Part shown: positions 20,544 to 29,823 of the stretch, in pieces | How positions within the stretch are numbered: the first letter of the stretch is position 1 | How the letters are laid out: each line of letters begins with the position of its first letter | NCBI GenBank assembly: GCA_003537755.1 | Contig: DPQS01000008.1 | Coordinates: 11,704-67,787, forward strand | Direction of reading: 5' to 3' | Source: Clostridiales bacterium | Lineage (GTDB): Bacteria > Bacillota > Clostridia > Christensenellales > CAG-314 | Length of the DNA stretch: 56,084 nt | The notes under the pieces: generated by a model | Told to the model about the DNA's origin: nothing | The model's input: the letters and a program-made list of their open reading frames with translations, nothing else | Databases searched by the model: none | Program-made: the position numbers and the translations under genes

Positions 20544-23500
20544 ATGAACAAAAAACTTTCACTGTTAATTTGTTTGGCGGTACTTGCGGTATGTTTGTTC
20601 GGGGCGGTGGCGTGCGAGATGCACGAACACGACTACGTGGAACACGCCGCTGTTGTCGCAACATGCGACAAGGCAGGCAACGAATTGTACTACACTTGCA
20701 ACGGTTGCGACAAGTTGTTTGACAAAGACAAGCAGGAAATCGCATCTGTGCCGACAATCGAAGCCAAGGGACATGTTTACAACCAACACCCCGCCGTCAG
20801 TGCAACATGTACGGCGGACGGTAACGAGTTGTATTACACGTGCGACGTTTGCAAAAAGATTTTCGACAAAGACAAGAATGAAATCGATTTAGTTCCAACG
20901 GTAACCAAGGGGGAACACGCCTACAAGGAAGTTGCAGCGAAAGAGCCGACTTGTACTGAGGCAGGCAACGAATTGTACTACACGTGCGAAGGCTGCAACG
21001 GTTTGTTTGACAAGGACAAAAAGCCCATTGCCGAAATACCTGTGATTCCTGCCAAAAACCACGCGTATCACAAAGTGGAAGAAAAGGCCGCTACATGTGA
21101 AGCCGAAGGAAACCAAGAGTATTACACATGCGACAACGGATGCGGACAATTGTTTGACAAAGATAAAAAGGAAATAACCGCAATTCCGTCTATCCCTGCA
21201 AACGGGCATAAGTATGTCAAGCATGACGCGGTTGCCGCCACTTGCGAAATTGACGGTAATGAGGCATACTTCTCTTGTGAAAACTGCACAAAGCTGTTTG
21301 ATGTCGACAAAAAGGAAATTGAAAAAATCGTCGTAATACCCGCAACGGGACACGCATTCGGCTGGGAAAAAGACGAAGCTAACCATACGGCGGAATTGAA
21401 ATGTATACACGACGGTTGCACTAAGAGTAAAGGTACGATAAAAACGAGGCTTGGCGAGGAAGACCGCTTGATTGTCGATTACGACAGTGACGGTAATTTG
21501 ACCTACGACCTTAACAAATTCGGACAGGGTTTGTTTGCCGTCAACGTCAGTTTTGACAACAAGACGATTGTTTTTGAAAATGCGCAAGCCGATACAATGA
21601 CCGTTGGCATACAGCAATTGTTTGCGCACTCGGTAAAAATGGGCAAAGTGTCGGTAACCATTTCCGTTAAAATGGATGAAGGACCTACGATTTACGTAGA
21701 CGCGCCAATTACTCTTGCCAAACTGATAAACAACGTTGACGACCTGATTGCGATTCGTCCTGTCGTTATCGACGGTAGAGCAACCGTTACGGGCGGTGTT
21801 GTGACGGAACAAGACGGCCATAAAATTGTCACTCGTTATTACTATTTGCTTACATCCGATTTTAACGGCAAAACTCGCACGGAGGAAACAAGCGTGTTTG
21901 GCGAAGGCATTGCCGACACCGGCTACACGAGCGGTGACGCAAAGAGCGGTTTTGTAGGCGTGTTTGACGGAAACGGTCATACTATCAAAAACTTTACGCT
22001 TAACGTGCGCGGATTCTTCGGACATGTGGGCGGCGGTACTATCGACAACGTCACGTTTGAAAACATCGTGTTAAACAATGCCGACAGCGCAGTTTTTGGT
22101 AAGTTGATGGATGCGACCGTGACAAACGTTACGATCAAAAATGTGGAAACAGCAGTTAAACTGTCGGATACGTCGGGCATTGTGGCTTATCACGAAATAT
22201 TCGGTAGTAAGATAAACAAGTTGAACATCGACTTGACCGACGGAAAAGCCGCAGGACATATTTTTGCAAGGCAACTTACCGACGGAACGGGCGAGTGGAA
22301 AGCAAATGATTTCAGCGATATTGTAGTTAAAACCAATTACGACTTAAAGTTGTCACTTACTGCAACTCAGGCTTTGACGGACAACATTAGCGGCGTTTCG
22401 GTAAAATTCAATCCGTTTACCGTGGCTAAACCCGCCGCAGACCAAACTACATTCTACTACACCGGACACCAACTGACGTACAACGTCACGGAAAACGCAT
22501 TGTACACGGTGTCGGGCAACAAACAAACGGAAATAGGTTCCTACACGGTTACGGTAACGCTTAAACCCTACGACGGACTGACTTGGGAAGACGGTACAAC
22601 CGCCGAAGTGACTTTTACTTTTGAAATCGTGGAAATGACGGATTCCGCCGCTGCGGACCTTGCACAAGCGTTTGCAAACAAAGTGACCGCACTCAACGGA
22701 CAATTGCTGTTGCCGCGCGACAAAATGGCGGTGGAAGGGCTTGTTGCCGACTACGAAGTGTTGCACGACAAGGTAAAAGCGTTGCTTACCGACGTCAAGA
22801 CGGCATTGGACGGAATGAAAGCGCAAGCCGACAAGTATACGCAGTTGGAAGTGGTGTTTATCGATTGTATTCGTACCGCACTAAAAGATTACGAAAAATA
22901 TTACATCGTATTTAACAATCACACCGACGCGGAAATCAGCGTTTTCTTGGGCGGAAATACAACAAACGGCAAATGGGAACAAACCAATCAGACAAAAATA
23001 GCGGCTAACACTTTGGCACAAATTGACTATCCCTCCGTGTATGCGGAAGCCGGAAATATTTACATTTATGTAAACGGTGTCGATATAAACAGCGGTAGCG
23101 GATATGTATTCTTTGTATACGGCTACTTGGATGCGCAAGCAAATGTCGAAGCTCTTAAAGCATTTACCGACGCTTTGAACGCATTTGAAACGGGCGCTTT
23201 GACGATTGCAGACGAAGCAAAAGTTGTTGCGGCTCGAACTGCATACGACGCCTTGTCTGCATTTGTCAAAAAACAAGTAACCGAGGAACAACTGACAAAA
23301 TTAGTTAATGCGGAAAATGAAATCCTCGTTGCTAAGAATAAAGCCGCGGCAAAGACCGTTGCGGACATGATTGACGCTCTTACAAACGACAGCACCGCCG
23401 AGGAAGTGGTTGCGACAAGCAATGCTTACGACAATCTGACCGCCGCGCAAAAGGCATATATTTCCGAGGCTCAGTTGGCTGCATTGCAAGCACAGGTAAT

Positions 23501-24437
23501 GCGTGTGGAAGAAGCCGTAGTGCAAGCCAAAGCCGACACGTTCAAAGCAAAAGTGGACGCGCTCGGTACGCCGACATTCCCCAAGGATAAACATGCCGTG
23601 GAAGCATTGGCAGCGGAATACAATGCATTGGAAGAAACGGTACAAGCAAAGTTGACGGAAACAAAAGCGAAGTTGGACGGATATGTCCAAGAGGCGGCAA
23701 AATACGTAGAGTTGGAAGCGACATTCGGTAGCGACAGAATTATAAGCACTTTCTCCGGGTATGACGAGTATTACCTTGTAATTTACAATCCGAAGGATAC
23801 GGCTGTCAATTTCTACTATTCCGGCACTGCCAGCAGTTGGGCAGCTTGCGGACAAACGACTTTGCCAAGCAAGAGTTACACTCAAATCATTTATGATAAG
23901 CGTTTCGTATCGGCGGGCGATGCGTATGTATATGGTGACAACGCAACGATTAACTTCAACGATACCGAAAGTGGCTGGATTTGCAATGTTTACGGCAGAA
24001 AAAACGAGGCTGGTGCGGAAGTCGTTGCTTTGTCTGTAAATGGAACGACAGATGACCCGACACACGGAAAAGTGCTTTTGACTGATGTAAAGAAACCCTC
24101 CGATGAAGAATGGGGACACGACAATGGCGGATACCTTATAAAATGGGGTTCTATGACTGTCACACAAATTGCCCAACTTAAAAAGTTCGACAATGTGTAT
24201 GTGTATGTATACAACCCGGCTGATGTGGCTGTAGGCTTCTATTTTTCTGATAATGTTAGTTGGGCGGCACTTGATAGAACCGTTATCGCTGCCAAAAGCT
24301 GGGCAAAAATTTCATTGTCTCAATTACTTGCACTGGATAATGGCTTTACGACTGTCTATGTTAATGCCGAACAAAATACCGAGGGCTTTGTTTATGAAGG
24401 TTGGATGATTTCCGATTTCTACGGCACTGCAAAGTAA
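20544..24437 (+). CDS. 1297-aa surface lipoprotein with N-terminal Cys/His tandem repeats and modules shared with the preceding protein
   Basis: Lipobox FGAVAC. Five ~48-aa repeats sit at the N-terminus. Later modules (YYIVFNNHTDAEISVF, YYLVIYNPKDTAVNFYY, VYVYVYNPADVAVGFYF) echo those of 17267..20479. Confidence 0.65.
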   Translation: MNKKLSLLICLAVLAVCLFGAVACEMHEHDYVEHAAVVATCDKAGNELYYTCNGCDKLFDKDKQEIASVPTIEAKGHVYNQHPAVSATCTADGNELYYTCDVCKKIFDKDKNEIDLVPTVTKGEHAYKEVAAKEPTCTEAGNELYYTCEGCNGLFDKDKKPIAEIPVIPAKNHAYHKVEEKAATCEAEGNQEYYTCDNGCGQLFDKDKKEITAIPSIPANGHKYVKHDAVAATCEIDGNEAYFSCENCTKLFDVDKKEIEKIVVIPATGHAFGWEKDEANHTAELKCIHDGCTKSKGTIKTRLGEEDRLIVDYDSDGNLTYDLNKFGQGLFAVNVSFDNKTIVFENAQADTMTVGIQQLFAHSVKMGKVSVTISVKMDEGPTIYVDAPITLAKLINNVDDLIAIRPVVIDGRATVTGGVVTEQDGHKIVTRYYYLLTSDFNGKTRTEETSVFGEGIADTGYTSGDAKSGFVGVFDGNGHTIKNFTLNVRGFFGHVGGGTIDNVTFENIVLNNADSAVFGKLMDATVTNVTIKNVETAVKLSDTSGIVAYHEIFGSKINKLNIDLTDGKAAGHIFARQLTDGTGEWKANDFSDIVVKTNYDLKLSLTATQALTDNISGVSVKFNPFTVAKPAADQTTFYYTGHQLTYNVTENALYTVSGNKQTEIGSYTVTVTLKPYDGLTWEDGTTAEVTFTFEIVEMTDSAAADLAQAFANKVTALNGQLLLPRDKMAVEGLVADYEVLHDKVKALLTDVKTALDGMKAQADKYTQLEVVFIDCIRTALKDYEKYYIVFNNHTDAEISVFLGGNTTNGKWEQTNQTKIAANTLAQIDYPSVYAEAGNIYIYVNGVDINSGSGYVFFVYGYLDAQANVEALKAFTDALNAFETGALTIADEAKVVAARTAYDALSAFVKKQVTEEQLTKLVNAENEILVAKNKAAAKTVADMIDALTNDSTAEEVVATSNAYDNLTAAQKAYISEAQLAALQAQVMRVEEAVVQAKADTFKAKVDALGTPTFPKDKHAVEALAAEYNALEETVQAKLTETKAKLDGYVQEAAKYVELEATFGSDRIISTFSGYDEYYLVIYNPKDTAVNFYYSGTASSWAACGQTTLPSKSYTQIIYDKRFVSAGDAYVYGDNATINFNDTESGWICNVYGRKNEAGAEVVALSVNGTTDDPTHGKVLLTDVKKPSDEEWGHDNGGYLIKWGSMTVTQIAQLKKFDNVYVYVYNPADVAVGFYFSDNVSWAALDRTVIAAKSWAKISLSQLLALDNGFTTVYVNAEQNTEGFVYEGWMISDFYGTAK
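20622..21350 (+). repeat. five in-frame tandem repeats of ~144-150 bp (48-50 aa) encoding an H...TC...GN.LYYTC..C..LFDKDK.EI...P mini-domain
   Basis: Aligned by eye: aa 27-76, 77-124, 125-172, 173-221 and 222-269 of the 20544 ORF. A sixth degenerate copy follows (HAFGWEKDEANHTAELKCIHDGC). Confidence 0.85.
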
Positions 24438-24451
24438 CGCAAAATTCATTT

Positions 24452-24483
24452 TGACCCACCGGGTTTTTCGGCTCGGTGGGTCA
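24452..24483 (+). terminator. stem-loop after the 1297-aa gene (probable terminator, weak U-tract)
   Basis: TGACCCACCG (24452-24461) pairs with CGGTGGGTCA (24474-24483). The downstream T-run is poor. Confidence 0.5.
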
Positions 24484-24556
24484 ACTAAATTGTAAGTTTT
24501 TCGCCAGACGTCGAGTTTGTCGGCGTTTGTCAAAGCACTTGACAATCAACAAGCTA

Positions 24557-24585
24557 TTGAAAACAACGTGCTTGTATGGTACAAT
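24557..24585 (+). promoter_or_regulatory. promoter of the GH38 operon
   Basis: TTGAAA (24557-24562), 17-bp spacer, and an extended -10 TGGTACAAT (24577-24585). Confidence 0.55.
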
Positions 24586-24621
24586 TACTTTACGACAATT
24601 TTGTATCGGAGTTTTGGAATA

Positions 24622-27600
24622 ATGATTACACCGAATATCGAAGAAAAACTTTCTACCGTTTGTAGTAAACTTAACGCATTGCAACAGGTTGCCAAAATCG
24701 ATTTGGACGTAGTTTACACCCCGTGTGACGCCGAGTGCCGCCACACATTGCCCGTCAAACGCACCGATTGGCAACCGTTTGTCCACCCGTACTATCTGTT
24801 TGAACAAAACAAATACTATTGGTTCCGTGCCAAGTTTACCGTGCCGAAGTTGCAGGCGCACCAAAAAGCATATTTGTGCGTGGAAACTTTTATCGGCGGC
24901 GTGGCAAGTACAATTCGTCCGCAGGGATTGCTGTACCTCAACGGAAAGGAAGTCTGCGGCATAGATATCAAACATACCGATGTATTGCTTGACGGCGCAG
25001 GCGAATACGAAATGTACTTGCATTTTTACACGCACGTGTTTGGTACGGGCTTTCCGTTGTACTTCAGTGTTAAAATTCGCGATGAGCGTATTACGCAAGC
25101 ATATTACGACTTTAATGTGCCATTTTCTGCAGTTAAACTGCTAAACTTGCGTACTAACGAATTGACTCGCAGTCTTACCGTGTTGGAAAAAGCAACAAAT
25201 ATCGTGGATTTTCGCAATCCCTATTCCGAAGAGTTTTATGTTTCTGTCGAGCAAGCATGCGATTACTTGAAGCGCGAGTACTACGGTGTGTCGGGTGGCA
25301 GTTTTAATACGGCTTTATGTGTGGGGCATACTCACATAGACGTTGCGTGGTTGTGGAATTTGGAACAAACTCGGCAAAAGGTCGAGCGCAGTTTTTCGAC
25401 GGTCTTGAAACTTATGGACGAGTACCCCGAATACCGCTTTATGATGTCGCAGCCGCAACTTTTTGCCTATCTCAAACAGACCGATTCCGAATTGTTTACT
25501 CGCGTAAAACAACGCATACAGGAAGGTCGTTGGGAGGTGGACGGCGCAATGTGGCTGGAAGCCGACACCAATCTGACTTGCGGCGAAAGCCTTGTGCGAC
25601 AAATGATGTACGGGCAAAGATTTTTCCCCGACGAGTTTGGGATTGACTGTACGTGCGTGTGGCTACCCGACGTATTCGGTTACAGCGGACAACTTCCGCA
25701 AATAATGGCAAAAAGCGGCATAAAACGTTTTGTTACGGCAAAAATAGGTTGGAACGACACCGACCGCTTCCCGTATGATGTATTCGATTGGTACGGTATC
25801 GACGGTAGCAAGGTGTTTGCGTATTTGTTGTCTACGTCCGACACCGATCCGCGCAACGGCGTTTACGACCGTACATACACAAGCTATTGCGAGCCGCTAA
25901 CGGCAAAAAGCGCGCTCGGCACATGGAATCGTTTCCAACAAAAGGACTTTACCGACAGCGTAATCATGAGTTACGGATACGGCGACGGCGGTGGCGGCCC
26001 GACGAGAGAAGATTTGGAACGTCAACGTAGACTTTCTTGCGGTCTATTGGGGATACCGAAAACAAAAATTTCAAGTTTACACGAAGCGTTGGACGTGGTG
26101 GAAAGCAATTTCCGTAGGTCGTGCGAGGAACTCAGACGTGTGCCGAAGTGGCACGGGGAGTTGTATTTCGAGTTTCATCGCGGTACATTGACAAGCGTTC
26201 CACGAGTAAAGAAGAATAATCGCATGGCGGAAATCGCCTTAATAAACGCCGAACAGTTGTCCGTAATGGCAAACAAGCTTTGCGGCGTCTTGTATCCTGC
26301 GGAACAAATCGAACGCAACTGGAAAGTGGCATTACTTAATCAATTCCATGATATTTTGCCCGGTTCGGCGGTGGAAGCAGTTTACGCGGACAGCGACAAG
26401 CAGTATGCCGAGTTGTTTGCCGAAACGGGAAAAATTACCAAAAACGCATTGCAATCTATTGCCGAAAATGTTGACGCGGAAGGAAAAACGGTGGTATTCA
26501 ACAATACGCCGTTTACTGCCAACGGCACGGTAACATTGAACGGAAAAACGCATATTGTGCGTGATATTTCTGCGCACGGATACAATGTTATTGACATCGA
26601 TTGCAGTGACCGAAGTTGCGGCGATAAAGTGCAAGTCGGCGACAAAATGTTGCAAAATTCCTACTACGTACTAACCTTTTCAAACGACGGAAGCGTTGTA
26701 AACCTGCTTGACAAACGTAATAACAGGCAAATCGTACCCGACGGGCAACAGCTTAACCAATTTGTCGCTTACGATGACATGCCGTTTGAGTACGACAATT
26801 GGGAAATGGCACCTTACCACAAGCAAAAGAGTCGGACATTATCGGAAAACGCCACCTTTGCCCCAATTGACGACGGGGACAGAAAGGGTTTTGAGATTGT
26901 CAAAAAGTACGGCAACTCTACAATCACGCAACGTGTCTGGTTGTACAATGACGGTATCGAACGCATCGACTTTGACACCGATGTGGTTTGGCGTGAAAAG
27001 GGACAACTGCTCAAAGTGCGCTTCCCGTTGGACGTAGTGTGCGACAACGCTCGTTACGACATTCAGTTCGGAAGCGTTTTACGTAGCACTCATGACAATA
27101 CAAGTTGGGACAGCGCGCGATTCGAATCGGTTGCGCACAAGTGGGTGGATATGTCCGAAGGTGGTTACGGCGTTGCGCTGCTCAACAACGGCAAATATGG
27201 TTTCGGGACGGAATACAACGTGTTGACGATGACCATTGTCAAAAGCGGCAGCTTTCCTTACGACGGCGCAAGCGATGTGGTGCCGAGCTTTACTTATTCG
27301 CTCTTGCCACATGCAAAAGACTACACAAACGGCGTAGTAAGTGCCGCTTACGTGCTTAATAATCCGTTTACTGTCGCAAAAGGCGGTAGCGGACAACTGC
27401 CGCAAAACTTTTCGTTGGTATCGACAAACGACGGCGGTCTAGTGTGCGAAACGGTCAAAAAAGCTGAGTGCGGTAAAGGCACTGTGGTGCGCGTGTACGA
27501 AGCCAACGGAGCACGACACAATGCGACCATTACATTTGGAGTGCCTGTCGATAAGGCGTTTTTGTGCGATCTCAATGAAAAAGAAATACAACAACTGACT

Positions 27601-27666
27601 ACTCAAAACAACGGCGTAAATATTACAATCAAACCATTTGAAATATTGACGATAAAGGTATTATGA
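24622..27666 (+). CDS. GH38 alpha-mannosidase
   Basis: GGAG SD precedes ATG 24622. The track ORF start at 24517 would include the promoter. GHTHIDVAWLW, EYPEYRFMMSQPQLF and the ~1014-aa length are typical of bacterial GH38. Confidence 0.85.
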   Translation: MITPNIEEKLSTVCSKLNALQQVAKIDLDVVYTPCDAECRHTLPVKRTDWQPFVHPYYLFEQNKYYWFRAKFTVPKLQAHQKAYLCVETFIGGVASTIRPQGLLYLNGKEVCGIDIKHTDVLLDGAGEYEMYLHFYTHVFGTGFPLYFSVKIRDERITQAYYDFNVPFSAVKLLNLRTNELTRSLTVLEKATNIVDFRNPYSEEFYVSVEQACDYLKREYYGVSGGSFNTALCVGHTHIDVAWLWNLEQTRQKVERSFSTVLKLMDEYPEYRFMMSQPQLFAYLKQTDSELFTRVKQRIQEGRWEVDGAMWLEADTNLTCGESLVRQMMYGQRFFPDEFGIDCTCVWLPDVFGYSGQLPQIMAKSGIKRFVTAKIGWNDTDRFPYDVFDWYGIDGSKVFAYLLSTSDTDPRNGVYDRTYTSYCEPLTAKSALGTWNRFQQKDFTDSVIMSYGYGDGGGGPTREDLERQRRLSCGLLGIPKTKISSLHEALDVVESNFRRSCEELRRVPKWHGELYFEFHRGTLTSVPRVKKNNRMAEIALINAEQLSVMANKLCGVLYPAEQIERNWKVALLNQFHDILPGSAVEAVYADSDKQYAELFAETGKITKNALQSIAENVDAEGKTVVFNNTPFTANGTVTLNGKTHIVRDISAHGYNVIDIDCSDRSCGDKVQVGDKMLQNSYYVLTFSNDGSVVNLLDKRNNRQIVPDGQQLNQFVAYDDMPFEYDNWEMAPYHKQKSRTLSENATFAPIDDGDRKGFEIVKKYGNSTITQRVWLYNDGIERIDFDTDVVWREKGQLLKVRFPLDVVCDNARYDIQFGSVLRSTHDNTSWDSARFESVAHKWVDMSEGGYGVALLNNGKYGFGTEYNVLTMTIVKSGSFPYDGASDVVPSFTYSLLPHAKDYTNGVVSAAYVLNNPFTVAKGGSGQLPQNFSLVSTNDGGLVCETVKKAECGKGTVVRVYEANGARHNATITFGVPVDKAFLCDLNEKEIQQLTTQNNGVNITIKPFEILTIKVL

Positions 27667-29795
27667 CAACGAAATTTCAGCTTAAAAATCAATCGTTACT
27701 GTGCGTAAATATGTCGGCGGGGTGCTTCGATGACGTAATTGTACGCGGAAAGAAGATAAATTGCGGCAAAGTCGGTTTGTTTGCAGTCAAGCTTAGACGC
27801 CATGACGGCAGCGGTGTGATTGTTTCCGTCGATGACTGTGTTTTTATGGGATTCGACGGCAAAACGGCAACCTACTTTAACGACAATGTGGATATTGCGG
27901 TACATTTTTGCGTTTCACCCGACGGTGGCGCATTATTGTTGCGTGCCGACGTGTCTAACAAAACCGATTTGCTTGTCGAGTGGGTGGAGTTGATGTCCGT
28001 CTGTGTGGGTGGTAAACTACGTGACGAGCAAGGCGGTTCGGGTGCGATAGTGTATCCTTTCAACGAGGGCGGACTTGTTACTAATATGGCTTTTCGTGAA
28101 AGTATGCCCTACCGTTACGACGAACCGCGGTACCCGAGTAAAAGCGGCTATTCGATTTTTCCGAATATGATTTGTTCACAATTTTTAGCATACGTATCAC
28201 AAAATTGCGGACTTTACCTGGGTATGCACGACCCCCAACGCACGACAAAACATATTGATTTTTGCTACCGAGGGAACGACATTAAGTTGCAGTTGCGTAC
28301 TTTTTGCAACGTCGACTACGGGCAAAACTACGCGATGTCGTTTGACTGCGTAATGCAACCCTTTGTCGGTGATTGGCAAGATGCGTGCGAGATTTATCGC
28401 GATTGGTTTGAAAACAACTTGCCTACGGGATTGACCAAAATCGTTGCAAACAAAGATCTTCCCGATTGGTACCACAAGTCGCCCGTTACGGTTATTTATC
28501 CCGTCAGGGGACGTAAGGACACGGGAGACATGACTCCTAACGGCATGTATCCCTACGTAAACGGATTGTCGTTTTTGCAAGAAACGGCTACATCTACAAA
28601 CAGCCCCGTCATGGCACTCTTGATGCATTGGGAGGGCACTGCGCCATGGGCTCCGCCGTATGTTTGGCAACCGTTTGGCGGCGAGAAAAAGTTTGGCGAT
28701 TTTTTGCAACAGGCACATGACAAGCACATGCTTGTAGGGCTGTATATGAGCGGCATGGGCTACACGCTTAAAAGTAATGTTTTGCCCGATTACGACCGCA
28801 CTACGGATTTCGAACGCGACAACATTGCCGATATTGTGTGTGCCGACAGTGACGGAAGTAAGAAAGGTGTTATTTGTCCTCAACAACGCGTCGGGTACGA
28901 CCTTTGTCCTGCATGCGACAAAAGCAAACAAATTATGTCTGACGAAATCGGCAAATTGTGTAAGTTCGGCGTCGATTACGTTCAAGCGTTGGATCAAAAC
29001 CATGGCGGAGTAAGTTACTTTTGTTTCAGTGACAAACACGGGCATGTCCCTGCGCCGGGCAAGTGGCAAGCGGAGGAAACATGCAAAATGCTCGACCGCG
29101 TCCATACCTACGGAGCTTTGTTGGGTTGCGAATCGGCAGCGAGCGAACCGATGATAGCACACCTGCCGTACAGCGACAGCCGTTTTCAACTAAATTTGTA
29201 CGTCGGTACGCCTATACCCGTTTACAGTTATATTTACCACGAGTATGTCAACAATTTTATGGGCAATCAAGTGTGTGCCATGCTAAACAAGGTGGAGGAA
29301 AGTTACACCTACCGCCTTGCTTACAGCTTTACTGCGGGTGACATGCTGAGCCTTGTTACGCTTGGCGACGGCAAGGTGGAGTACAGCTGGGACGATTGGA
29401 TTGCGCCTCACGACAAAACCGTCGACAAGCAAGTTGCGTATGACTTCATCCGTACGCTCAACGGTTGGCGACAAGGCGCGGCGGGAAAGTATTTGCACCT
29501 CGGGCGAATGACCAAGCCCGTGAGGGTGACTTGCGGCAAACAGCACTTTACCCTTGACGACGGCAGTGCCTACACTCCCGCCGAAGTACTCACAACGGCG
29601 TATAAACTCGGCAAAACGACATTGCAGTTTGTCGTCAATTACAATAGGTACGAAGTGACTGTAAAGTTGCCCCAAACATTGGGCGGCTATCTCGACAACA
29701 ACCTAACGGAACAATTTGACCCGACCGACACGATGACGATTGCGCCCTTGTCTGTGGTGGCGTTGAAGCTGGACGATTCTGCAAAAAAGTTGTGA
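27663..29795 (+). CDS. 710-aa enzyme-like protein of unassigned family (possible novel glycoside hydrolase; vaguely DUF6259-like)
   Basis: The ATGA overlap with the GH38 stop suggests translational coupling. There is no signal peptide. Conserved-looking blocks include LYLGMHD, HWEGTAPWAPPYVWQPFGG and QALDQNHGG. The family is not recognised with confidence. Confidence 0.55.
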   Translation: MTTKFQLKNQSLLCVNMSAGCFDDVIVRGKKINCGKVGLFAVKLRRHDGSGVIVSVDDCVFMGFDGKTATYFNDNVDIAVHFCVSPDGGALLLRADVSNKTDLLVEWVELMSVCVGGKLRDEQGGSGAIVYPFNEGGLVTNMAFRESMPYRYDEPRYPSKSGYSIFPNMICSQFLAYVSQNCGLYLGMHDPQRTTKHIDFCYRGNDIKLQLRTFCNVDYGQNYAMSFDCVMQPFVGDWQDACEIYRDWFENNLPTGLTKIVANKDLPDWYHKSPVTVIYPVRGRKDTGDMTPNGMYPYVNGLSFLQETATSTNSPVMALLMHWEGTAPWAPPYVWQPFGGEKKFGDFLQQAHDKHMLVGLYMSGMGYTLKSNVLPDYDRTTDFERDNIADIVCADSDGSKKGVICPQQRVGYDLCPACDKSKQIMSDEIGKLCKFGVDYVQALDQNHGGVSYFCFSDKHGHVPAPGKWQAEETCKMLDRVHTYGALLGCESAASEPMIAHLPYSDSRFQLNLYVGTPIPVYSYIYHEYVNNFMGNQVCAMLNKVEESYTYRLAYSFTAGDMLSLVTLGDGKVEYSWDDWIAPHDKTVDKQVAYDFIRTLNGWRQGAAGKYLHLGRMTKPVRVTCGKQHFTLDDGSAYTPAEVLTTAYKLGKTTLQFVVNYNRYEVTVKLPQTLGGYLDNNLTEQFDPTDTMTIAPLSVVALKLDDSAKKL

Positions 29796-29823
29796 TACCC
29801 GACAATGTAGAAAGGTGAAAAAT

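Noticed and set aside
20622-21350. Regularly spaced ~145-bp DNA repeats that could superficially suggest a repeat array such as CRISPR.
   Set aside because: The repeats are in-frame, diverged at the DNA level and encode a conserved protein mini-domain inside a long ORF. There are no short identical direct repeats with unique spacers anywhere in the window.
24517-24621. N-terminal extension of the GH38 ORF given by the ORF track (start at 24517).
   Set aside because: The extension begins on a non-ATG codon and contains a good promoter (24557-24585). It is not part of GH38 N-termini as I know them. ATG 24622 has a GGAG SD.
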